Origin: an uncultured virus (IMG/VR IMGVR_UViG_3300010158_003181)
Taxonomy: Duplodnaviria > Heunggongvirae > Uroviricota > Caudoviricetes
DNA length: 64,000 bases
Direction: 5' to 3' (one strand)
Virus record (IMG/VR): IMGVR_UViG_3300010158_003181
Both the position numbers and the translations under genes were made by a program. A model generated the notes under the pieces. The model saw only the letters and a program-made list of their open reading frames with translations. It was not told where the DNA came from and did not search any database. Every line of letters starts with the position of its first letter. Position 1 is the first letter of the stretch. Below, piece after piece: positions 47,623 to 56,500 of this stretch.

Positions 47623-48093
47623 TTATCTGAATCTTAATAGTTTCTCAAAATCATTAACAATGGTTTTCTTGTGTTGTTCTCGCTTATATTTGGCAATATT
47701 ATATTTGGTAAACATAATTTCAGCTCTGTCAATATTCTTTGATTTAATGTTTTTTTCCGCTAACATTTTATGTAATTCTTCTTCAAATAGTGCATGACCA
47801 TAGTTTCTGTCAGCATTTAATATCTCATCATCTATGTATTTTCCAAGGGCAAGTTTATTGGCCAACAATGCAGCAGATTGTGGGAGATTAATAAAATCAA
47901 CTACTACATCATTACAATAATTTAAAATGCTATAAAATCCAGTTTTAGATTTTTTAATCTTATAATTCCCTAAGATGATAGTTCCATCTTCAGCCTTAGA
48001 TGGGATTGCAATGCCTTGTTTTTGTAATTTTGTTTTTACTTTTTCGGCAAGATCTTTGACTTGTTGATATACATCATCGAGATTTTTTTTCAT
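47623..48093 (-). CDS. hypothetical protein
   Basis: 156-aa ORF in operon. Confidence 0.7.
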   Translation of the reverse strand: MKKNLDDVYQQVKDLAEKVKTKLQKQGIAIPSKAEDGTIILGNYKIKKSKTGFYSILNYCNDVVVDFINLPQSAALLANKLALGKYIDDEILNADRNYGHALFEEELHKMLAEKNIKSKNIDRAEIMFTKYNIAKYKREQHKKTIVNDFEKLLRFR

Positions 48094-48286
48094 CTATTTT
48101 CTTTATCAATGTTTGGTTATTATTACTTATTGAGTAAATTCCTTTTCTCACTAAGTTTTGGGCAAGCCATTGATCGCGATCACTCATAGCATCAATGGAT
48201 ATGTGTGATCTATGATTCTCTACAAATTGCTGTTCTTGATTTGTGAGAATAATATCCATTCCAGATAGTAACTGTGCTATTTTCAT
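48074..48286 (-). CDS. hypothetical protein
   Basis: 70-aa ORF in operon. Confidence 0.65.
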   Translation of the reverse strand: MKIAQLLSGMDIILTNQEQQFVENHRSHISIDAMSDRDQWLAQNLVRKGIYSISNNNQTLIKKIDEKKSR

Positions 48287-48714
48287 ACTCGGGCAGGTGT
48301 ACTAGGTTGTGCTGGCGGGGAGGCGGGATTAAGAATTTGTTTTTGTAGCTGATCATATTTTAATTTCAATGCATTAAATTGATCAGACATAGCCTGCATA
48401 CCTTGTTTTATCTCCGGACTGGGTGTAGCAGGAGTAGCAGTTGCATTAGGTTGTTGATTGCCCAAAGTGGGCTGAGGTGCCTTACCCGGAGGAGGTACAG
48501 CTTGTTGAGAATTTTGCTGTTGAGTCGGTGCTGCAGGTTGCGGTTGTCCTGGCACAGCTGGTGCCTGTTGTTGCGGAGGTGTATTGGGATTAGCAGCAGG
48601 TTGCGGTTGTCCTGGCACAGCTGGTGCCTGTTGTTGCGGAGGTGTATTGGGATTAGCAGCAGGTTGTGTGCTTGATCCTACAGGTATAGCTTCAACTAAT
48701 TCTTGTATCCGCAT
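48283..48714 (-). CDS. Gln/Pro-rich protein
   Basis: MRIQELVE N-terminus; internal duplication. Confidence 0.7.
   Translation of the reverse strand: MRIQELVEAIPVGSSTQPAANPNTPPQQQAPAVPGQPQPAANPNTPPQQQAPAVPGQPQPAAPTQQQNSQQAVPPPGKAPQPTLGNQQPNATATPATPSPEIKQGMQAMSDQFNALKLKYDQLQKQILNPASPPAQPSTPARV
48533..48666. repeat. perfect 63-bp tandem duplication (about 2.1 copies)
   Basis: encodes QPAANPNTPPQQQAPAVPGQP twice. Confidence 0.9.
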
Positions 48715-48715
48715 A

Positions 48716-49036
48716 TTATTTTAATAGAGTTAGCAATGTTTCACTATGCGCGGTAACCCATCCCAACGCTGCTAACGCACCTGCACTAAGATAAACCCAT
48801 TTTGTTTTAAATTGCTCTAGATCTTTGATTTTACCCAACATGTTATCATGTTGTTCAATATTTTCCCCATGCATACCTTTAAGTTGATCCATAATATCAT
48901 CACGTGTCTTATCAAGACAATCATGCATGTCCTTAACATCTATTTTAAGGTTATCAATTTTTTCTTCGATGTTATCTACTTTTGTTTCTAACACGCTAAC
49001 ACGTTCTGGAACGGTTGCTAATGATGTTTTTGCCAT
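48716..49036 (-). CDS. coiled-coil protein with C-terminal TM helix (holin/XhlA-like architecture)
   Basis: heptad repeats, then KWVYLSAGALAALGWV; AAGGAG RBS. Confidence 0.6.
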   Translation of the reverse strand: MAKTSLATVPERVSVLETKVDNIEEKIDNLKIDVKDMHDCLDKTRDDIMDQLKGMHGENIEQHDNMLGKIKDLEQFKTKWVYLSAGALAALGWVTAHSETLLTLLK

Positions 49037-49086
49037 CCGAGCTATCTCCTTTTTTTTTAGAACTACTACTACTGTTAAATAGTGCC

Positions 49087-49500
49087 TTAAGATGCCTTGA
49101 TGATTGTATTTTTAGCGGAAGAACTTTTCAGTTCAAATATCGCCTTATCTATATTTATGGTTTCTGTTAATTTTTTAACGATAGGTACACCATCAATATC
49201 ATTGATTAACAATCCTATTTCACTAGTTTCATCACTGTACACACCTGCTCTATCAGGATAAAATACCCATGTCCATACAGTGTGTTTACCTTTGTATTTA
49301 GAACCAAATCCTAGATCTTTAATGTCAATGTTTTCGGAACTGGGTCCACGATCGTAGCTAATGATCGACCTAAGTTCAGCACATTGCCTTAATGTGGTAA
49401 AATTTCTATATTGGTCATATTCTAGTTGAGAACCTTGACCGGGTCTAAGCATTGTGATGTTAGTGATGTCTAATAAAGTTTTAATTTCTATGATTTGCAT
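49087..49500 (-). CDS. hypothetical protein
   Basis: ORF with upstream ATAAATA. Confidence 0.7.
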   Translation of the reverse strand: MQIIEIKTLLDITNITMLRPGQGSQLEYDQYRNFTTLRQCAELRSIISYDRGPSSENIDIKDLGFGSKYKGKHTVWTWVFYPDRAGVYSDETSEIGLLINDIDGVPIVKKLTETINIDKAIFELKSSSAKNTIIKAS

Positions 49501-49533
49501 AATATACCTATATAATATATTTATGGCCAAAAG

Positions 49534-49557
49534 AAAAGGGAGTTAAAAAACTCCCTT
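49534..49557 (-). terminator. intrinsic terminator
   Basis: AAGGGAGTT/AACTCCCTT hairpin with T run. Confidence 0.7.
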
Positions 49558-49577
49558 GTCTTACTCTTAATAAAATA

Positions 49578-49982
49578 TTAAGCTAGTGTGAATGCACCAG
49601 TGTTGGCCATTGATGTACCAGAAGTAACTGTTAGGTTACCTAGAGTAGCACCAGTTGCTGCCACGATAGCGGCCTTCAATGCACCGAAACCAGTTGTAAC
49701 ACCAGATCCAGCAACGCCGTCGCCTTGGTTGCAACTTGGGAAGTCAACGATAGCGCAAATTGCGGTTGCGTCTGTACGTGCGCCTAGTAGAACAATGCTG
49801 GCTACTGCTTGAATGCCTTTAACTGCCTTAGAATAACCACCTTCTGTGATTACGCCTGTTGTTGCATTAACTGTGTCAGCTGTGAAGCTGTTACCAGAAT
49901 CAGCAATTTTAATTACTAGTGGTGAATAGCCATAGAAAGCACCTGCGCTAACTTGACCGTGAACTCGATTGATTGTTGCCAT
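49578..49982 (-). CDS. small Ala/Gly/Thr-rich probable capsid structural protein
   Basis: AAGGAG RBS, ATAAATA promoter, own terminator, composition. Confidence 0.6.
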   Translation of the reverse strand: MATINRVHGQVSAGAFYGYSPLVIKIADSGNSFTADTVNATTGVITEGGYSKAVKGIQAVASIVLLGARTDATAICAIVDFPSCNQGDGVAGSGVTTGFGALKAAIVAATGATLGNLTVTSGTSMANTGAFTLA

Positions 49983-50073
49983 TTTAAATCTCCTTGATCT
50001 TTTTTGAGCTCCCCTATGGAACTCGTTATGTTTTTATTTATCTAATTTGGAAAAAAATATCCATTATGGTCGA

Positions 50074-50373
50074 TTAGTCGTCGGTTTTTACATCACCTTC
50101 GATGACTTTTAGGTGTTTAGCAGTTTCTTTATTGTCTCTCAACTTACGTATGCTGCGAGTAAATTTGCTTGAATCCCCACCTTTAATACTGTTAAGTAGT
50201 CTACGTTCTAATTCATAGGCCTCGTCTGGACTGAAGTTTTCTTTGATAAATGACAATAGATTGATTGCACTATCAATTACATGAGTTGCCCTAGCTTCTA
50301 TCAATGCTTCATTATCTTTTTTCAAAGTAATAGAATTTAGTTCTTCTAGTAAACTGCGGGTGACTTTTTTCAA
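50074..50373 (-). CDS. hypothetical protein
   Basis: TTG start, AAGGA RBS, upstream TAAATA. Confidence 0.7.
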   Translation of the reverse strand: MKKVTRSLLEELNSITLKKDNEALIEARATHVIDSAINLLSFIKENFSPDEAYELERRLLNSIKGGDSSKFTRSIRKLRDNKETAKHLKVIEGDVKTDD

Positions 50374-50572
50374 GATAGTATCCTTGTTGTATGAATATTT
50401 AGTGTAATTGTAACATCATTAAATGGTAAAATAAAGACTTGCAAATACACTCAAGGATTATTTAATTGTAAAAATATTTATACTTTTTTGGAAGAAATAT
50501 ATAATGGTTTCTACTGAGTTTTGTTGCGTCGCCGCATAAATACCAGTACAATTAACACACAGGAGAAAAAAT

Positions 50573-50761
50573 ATGTTAAACCAATTAGCTGAATACTTCC
50601 ACAAGATGTTTCAGAATTTCGAAGCGCCGTCTACCTATGGCGCTGCATTAGAATCGTACATTGTTTCTAAAAACCCACAAGATGGTGGTGATGTAGATCG
50701 ATTAGTACGAGAGTTTGATCAAAAAATGGCAAACCGTCACGAAGCAGGGTGGCCAATATGA
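50573..50761 (+). CDS. small protein, DUF3563-like
   Basis: LESYIVSKNPQD..DVDRLVR; AGGAG RBS. Confidence 0.55.
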   Translation: MLNQLAEYFHKMFQNFEAPSTYGAALESYIVSKNPQDGGDVDRLVREFDQKMANRHEAGWPI

Positions 50762-50859
50762 TCAAGAAAATCTTAAACTCTATCTGGGATTTCTTGATAG
50801 ATCTCGGAGAATATCGTTACAAAGTAATCAAATCCCATGGTTACCAAACTTGGTATTAG
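50758..50859 (+). CDS. small hypothetical protein (33 aa)
   Basis: ATGA overlap with the upstream gene. Confidence 0.5.
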   Translation: MIKKILNSIWDFLIDLGEYRYKVIKSHGYQTWY

Positions 50860-50860
50860 A

Positions 50861-50935
50861 ATGAGAAAGGAAATTGACTTTGTAGCTGTCAGTACTTTGA
50901 TCCTGTTATCAGGATTGTTAATACTGGTTATCTAA
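50861..50935 (+). CDS. 24-aa hydrophobic peptide
   Basis: fills the gap between neighbours with 1-nt spacing; single TM-like stretch. Confidence 0.4.
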   Translation: MRKEIDFVAVSTLILLSGLLILVI

Positions 50936-50936
50936 A

Positions 50937-51494
50937 ATGTCATATGCAACAGTTAGGCGAGTACTGCCTTACGAATATCCCAAATATAGACTACACCTTA
51001 AGTGCTTGGATTCTGAATCTAGGACACTTAGGTTTGCTAGTCCAATCAATGATCATGTAATAGATAAATTATGTGATGGGTTTGAGGCAGATCCAAGCAA
51101 ACATGTATTATTTGCCATTGAGAATTGTCGATTAGAATTTATTGCCATCGGTCATATTTCTCTAGACGGTGACATGGAACTGGCATTTAGTGTGCTTAAA
51201 AAGCACCAAGGCCGCGGCTTTGGTAATTTGCTGATAAAACGTTGTATACAATATTGCCGTACACATAACATACTCAAAGGTTACATGGTATGTTTAAGTA
51301 CCAACACTGCTATTCGATACTTGTGTAGAAAGCACGGAATTACTGTGGAGAATGATCAAGGCGAAAGCCTTGCCAACATTCAATTGCCACCTGCAGGCAT
51401 TAACACATATATCAACGAAACTATAGACAACAACATATCTGCCTTAGACTATATTACTAAGCGAGCAACTAACAAACTTCTATTTTTATCGTAA
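50937..51494 (+). CDS. GNAT acetyltransferase
   Basis: SRTLRF, ELAFSV...QGRGFG, NTAIRYL. Confidence 0.85.
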   Translation: MSYATVRRVLPYEYPKYRLHLKCLDSESRTLRFASPINDHVIDKLCDGFEADPSKHVLFAIENCRLEFIAIGHISLDGDMELAFSVLKKHQGRGFGNLLIKRCIQYCRTHNILKGYMVCLSTNTAIRYLCRKHGITVENDQGESLANIQLPPAGINTYINETIDNNISALDYITKRATNKLLFLS

Positions 51495-51497
51495 CAA

Positions 51498-51531
51498 TTG
51501 TTTTACACAGAGACACTGTGTATAATAAATA
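51498..51531 (+). promoter_or_regulatory. composite promoter TTGTTT-17-TATAATAAATA with a palindromic spacer
   Basis: TACACAG-N5-CTGTGTA inverted repeat at 51504-51522. Confidence 0.55.
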
Positions 51532-51561
51532 CATTACACATATACACACAAGGAGAATAAT

Positions 51562-51837
51562 ATGTTTACACCGGAATTCTATATTGATTTATTTCAATCA
51601 TCCAAGCGTCAGTTTACTAATCAAGTTTACAAAGACGACACACTCAACAAGGCCTGCAATGCATTTATTGACGCTCAAACAGCGTTTGCTAAAATGATGG
51701 CTAAGAATTACATTGACCTGTCTACATATTCTGCAGACGCAATGAGCAAAGTATTTTTCCCTCAACAGGAAGAAACAGTCAAGGCCAAGACTGTTAAAAA
51801 ATCAGCCAACACAGACATTAACACACAAGGAGAATAA
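51562..51837 (+). CDS. phasin-like protein
   Basis: amphipathic helix IDLFQSSKRQF...FIDAQTAFAK; strong AAGGAG RBS. Confidence 0.5.
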   Translation: MFTPEFYIDLFQSSKRQFTNQVYKDDTLNKACNAFIDAQTAFAKMMAKNYIDLSTYSADAMSKVFFPQQEETVKAKTVKKSANTDINTQGE

Positions 51838-51838
51838 T

Positions 51839-52108
51839 ATGTCAAATTTTGAAACCCCTAAGCTACCAGAAGTTAAATTTAACAAGAACGGATACGAAAT
51901 CCGTACCGACATCTTGGGCATGGCCAAAAGCCTAGTGCAAGAGGATTTCCATGCCAAATTCCAAGGCTGGGAAATGACTGCCAATCGTGACGAGAAGACA
52001 GGACAAATTGTCAGTACAGTTCAAATGCCACAGTTTCCAGGACTTGACAAGGTTCTAGAAACAGCAGAAAAAATGTACTCATTTGTTAACTCTGGTACAA
52101 AGAAATAA
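51839..52108 (+). CDS. conserved hypothetical protein
   Basis: NKNGYEIRTDIL...AEKMYSFV; same RBS block as the upstream gene. Confidence 0.75.
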   Translation: MSNFETPKLPEVKFNKNGYEIRTDILGMAKSLVQEDFHAKFQGWEMTANRDEKTGQIVSTVQMPQFPGLDKVLETAEKMYSFVNSGTKK

Positions 52109-52133
52109 TATAATAAAAGTTAGAGCGTAGCTC

Positions 52134-52158
52134 AATAGGACCTCCGGGTCCTATTTTT
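52134..52158 (+). terminator. intrinsic terminator
   Basis: AATAGGACC-TCCG-GGTCCTATT-TTT. Confidence 0.8.
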
Positions 52159-52167
52159 ACGAATGTA

Positions 52168-52878
52168 TTATCTAAATAAATGCATTTTAGAATTATGTAC
52201 AGCGACATAGTTTGGACCACCAAAATTTTCATCAGTTAACTTGTAATTCTTAAACTCAAGGCCGTTTTTATTAAGTAATCCCAAATGAAAGCCCAATGGT
52301 GATAATTTATTGTATGCATCAAGCAACAACCATCTACTTAATACATTGGCAAAACCATACTCAAATTGTATAATACCTATTTTATTATTTTCTAATGTCT
52401 TGGTAAATCCTTCAATTACCATACCCTCTGCACCTTCAACATCAATTTTTAGAAAATCAATAAAATCTATTTTTCTACTTTCCACATATTCATCACCTGT
52501 TGCCACAAAACAATTCCTAACCTCAACTGGCCCAATATTCAATCCGCTATACAGTGAACTAACAGCATCAAACTTTGTACTGTACTGGATCTCCATCATT
52601 CCATGCATATCCGATAATCCAAATCCGTTGGGAATTATTTTAGGATCACTGGGTACATTGGCTAGAAATTTTCTATAGACATCTGGTACAATTTCAAAAG
52701 TATGTATATCTGCGTATGGTTGGCACGACCTAGCCATTAAACACCATTCTCCTATATTACTTCCAGCATCAAAAATTGTGAATAATTTATTTCTTAAATG
52801 CGATAATATCCAATCCTCGCCGTGTCGAGCAAATTCTGCTCGAGCATGTTCTTTATCATATACAGGGTAATTTGTCAT
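52168..52878 (-). CDS. FkbM-family methyltransferase
   Basis: FDAGSNIG, LKIDVEGAE, IQFEY. Confidence 0.9.
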   Translation of the reverse strand: MTNYPVYDKEHARAEFARHGEDWILSHLRNKLFTIFDAGSNIGEWCLMARSCQPYADIHTFEIVPDVYRKFLANVPSDPKIIPNGFGLSDMHGMMEIQYSTKFDAVSSLYSGLNIGPVEVRNCFVATGDEYVESRKIDFIDFLKIDVEGAEGMVIEGFTKTLENNKIGIIQFEYGFANVLSRWLLLDAYNKLSPLGFHLGLLNKNGLEFKNYKLTDENFGGPNYVAVHNSKMHLFR

Positions 52879-53564
52879 ATTTTATTTTTAAAGTTGTTTA
52901 ACATGGCAACATATAATCTACATTCTCTTTCGAGATATATAAATTCTCGATTTGGTATTGTGTTTGCTGTTACATTATTAGGTGTTGAAAATTTAAGATT
53001 TTTAATATAGTAATTTTGATTAAATTTGGCCAGCATGGTGTCCCATAACCAACTATCACCATGATAGATATCTAACCCTGCAGGAATATTGATCCAATCT
53101 TGCTTGTTAATAAACATTAAACAGCCGATATCAAATATGTTAGTTGATCCGTTGTAGTGAACTATATCAACAGGTTCCGAAGATCCATTAGATAATTGTG
53201 AATGAGATTGTGAAAATACTACAAATTTTCCTGTATCCAATTTATTCTTTAAAAAATCAAATATTGATAGATCAAAATCAATATCATCATTCATGACACA
53301 CACATTTGAATATTCACTCACGCCTGCTCCAAAATTCCAAGCAGGATTTACAAATATATTTAATTTAAAATTATGTAATTTAATTTTTGGATGATGTAAT
53401 ACATCAGCATTGGGTGTGGAATTCATATCATTATTAATAATAATAATTTCTCCCACTAATTCATGCTGTACTAACTTATATAGTAAATTAATAAATGGTG
53501 CATATTTCCACATAGTGGGTACTACTATTGAAAATTTATTTTCGTACAAAGTGATAATCTCCAT
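52875..53564 (-). CDS. GT2-like glycosyltransferase
   Basis: SIVVPTMW, NIFVNPAWN, MNDD; paralog of an internal domain of the upstream gene. Confidence 0.75.
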   Translation of the reverse strand: MEIITLYENKFSIVVPTMWKYAPFINLLYKLVQHELVGEIIIINNDMNSTPNADVLHHPKIKLHNFKLNIFVNPAWNFGAGVSEYSNVCVMNDDIDFDLSIFDFLKNKLDTGKFVVFSQSHSQLSNGSSEPVDIVHYNGSTNIFDIGCLMFINKQDWINIPAGLDIYHGDSWLWDTMLAKFNQNYYIKNLKFSTPNNVTANTIPNREFIYLERECRLYVAMLNNFKNKI

Positions 53565-56500
53565 CTGGTCCTTTATCGCAGAACATGCCTGTACACTCAA
53601 ATCCCAGTCTACTCATGTATGCTATTACTTCATTATGTAAAGGAGCACCTTTATTATATTCTATCATCTGTAATCCTAAAATTACATGGTTAACAGTTTT
53701 TAAAGTTTCTGTGGCACCTTTGAGAATATCCAATTCAGAGCCCTGCACATCCATCTTAATTAAATCAGGTAGTGGTAATTGTCCAGCAAGAACTGCACTA
53801 TCTAATGTGATTGATTTAAGTTTACGCTTGTGAGATTCAGTGTATAAAATTTTAGCTGCTGGATTTATATCAGAATTTTCTACATAATAACTATTGCCAC
53901 CTGGATCAAAATCATTTTGATAAAATTCAATTTCTCTACCATCAGTGTCACTGAGCAAACCTATGTTATATTTCATACCCGCTTCTTGATATAAAATTTC
54001 TGCAGAATCCATGGCATCAAATGCAACAACCTCAGCATTGACCCAAACTTTCTTTGCAGCTTTGGTCCAATGTAATACACATGCACCTATATCATACACA
54101 ACAATAGGGTTATAATTATATTGATCTCTAATTTTTACAAGATAGTCAGTATGTGAAGTGGGCAATGTTCCACTGTTTCCTATAAATCGCAATCTGTCTG
54201 CTACGCTATTAAACGTGGCAGAAGCTGGATCTAATAGTGCAGGTATACTATTATCAATTTGATAAGTGAAACTACCAATATGTCTGCATTGTATAGTAGT
54301 ATCTACCCAGATATGGAATCCATTGTTTCTTGCCTTAGTACAGAAATCATTATCTTCAGAGATAGTGTGTGCATGATTTATGGCAGAGTGGTATTTAAAT
54401 TGTGGATATCCAACTGTTCTAAACACTTCTGCCTTGACTAATACACATCCAAAACCGCAGCCTGCAATTTCAACTAGACCCCGTCCTTTGATCTTTTCAT
54501 AAGGAATGTTTGATACGCCACCTCTATTATTATGCTCATATAATTCTAAAACATGTATGCCAGGTCGACGTTGTATGTACATACCTGATACCACATCCTT
54601 ATCATGTGCCAATAATTTTTTAAGAATATCTCTGTCAAATGCAATGTCACTGTCAATGGATAACAAATAATCATACCCATTAACTACCCAATCAGCAATC
54701 AGGTTACGTACCTGATCAATGTTGTAACCGTAGTAATATTGAAAGTCAACTATATATCCATCGGGTACTTCTAGATCATATATAGATTTAAACGTGTCTG
54801 CTTCAATGTTTCTAGCAGTGGGTATACCGATTAAAATTCGTTTCTTTACTTGTACAGGTAATGGCGCAATGATAGGAACAGGCAATTCGTTGATTATCTC
54901 TTGCATGTCTACTCTAACCTGTTCGTAGACATGAGTTTCTCTTTCTAACACCCCACCGGTGATAGAAATATCCGAAGTAGTTGCTGCAAATTGACTATAG
55001 AACTCCATGTTTGTAATAATATAGTTTGTCTTGCCTCTCCTTAGCTGTAGATCAAATATAAAATTATCACCATAATAAATATCCAAACCATGGGGTATTG
55101 GGATCCAGCTCTTTTTATCGATGAACATTAAACAGCCAAAACCATAAGTATGTTCACCTGTCCATGGAACAATATCGATGATTTTTGTAGTAATAGGTGG
55201 CTGGTTAAAGTCGGGCTCGCCTGGACATAACCCAAACACACCATTATCTTCATTTAACATGTTTTGTAGTTTTTCAAATACATCAGTATCAAACACCACA
55301 TCATCGTTGACAATACATAGTTTGTCATTTCTACTGGTTTCAACACCAATGTTCCATGCTGGATTAACAAATATGTTTGTGCCAAAGTCTAACATTCTAA
55401 TCTTAGGATGATCTAATCCTATACTAGGTGTTTTGGTATTATCATTGTTAATGATGATAATTTCATTTACAGATTTATGTTCACATAGCTTACCCACAAA
55501 TTCTATAAATTGATCTGCTACTCTCCACATTGTGGGAACAATTACAGAATACTTGGTAGTTTTAGTTTTGTTAATAATATCTCGGGCTGTGCGTGTTTGT
55601 TCATCACTGTTAACTTTATAATCGTTCAATGGATTTATATCGTTGTAATTATAAACAATGTCCTGCAAACATTTAATTTTATTGGGATTAGCTGCTTCGA
55701 TCAATGCATAGAACACACTACCGTCGCCTCCTGCTTTGTACCATTCCCCTTGACTGTCTTGAAACATATTGTTATCAATACTATTAATTAGATGTTTCCT
55801 AAAGGTACGAAAATGCGTATAAGGTAAAATCCAGTTAAAGTGATGGTTACGATAATTTCCGGACTGCTTAATCTTTTCAGGATATGGTTGACTAATCAAC
55901 GGAATGTTATCAACCATACTCCAGCAACTACCATAAGTAAATTCAGTGTCAGCATCGTATACAGTATTGTAATAGGATAATACAGTATTGTCGTTAATTA
56001 AACTATCATCACCATCGAGCAACATTACAATCGCACCATCATTTAATGTACGTATGGTGTCAATTTGATTTTTAACAGCACCTTGATTAGTTGTATTTTT
56101 AATTAATATAAATTTATCTTGTATCTCAATGGGTAACTTGCTGATTACATATTCTACAACTTCAATGGAATTATCAGTTGAGCAATCGTCAATCAGTATA
56201 TGACGGTAATTATTGTAATCCTGTGTGGCCACACTGAGGATACATTTTTCAATGTAATGAGCACAATTATAAAATGGGCTAAGAATTACAAATTCTTGTT
56301 CAACATTGGATTTATAAGTTTCAAGTTCAATCTCATTATGGAATCTACGTTTCCATATTTTATTGACTTTGTGATTAATTTTACTAGCTTCTCTATATTC
56401 ATCAGCAGGGAGATAATTGCCTGTCTTTTTAAAGAAATGCTGTTTCCACTGCAATGCCACACTGTCCCATCCTGCTATATCTTTGATGATGTTGCAATAG

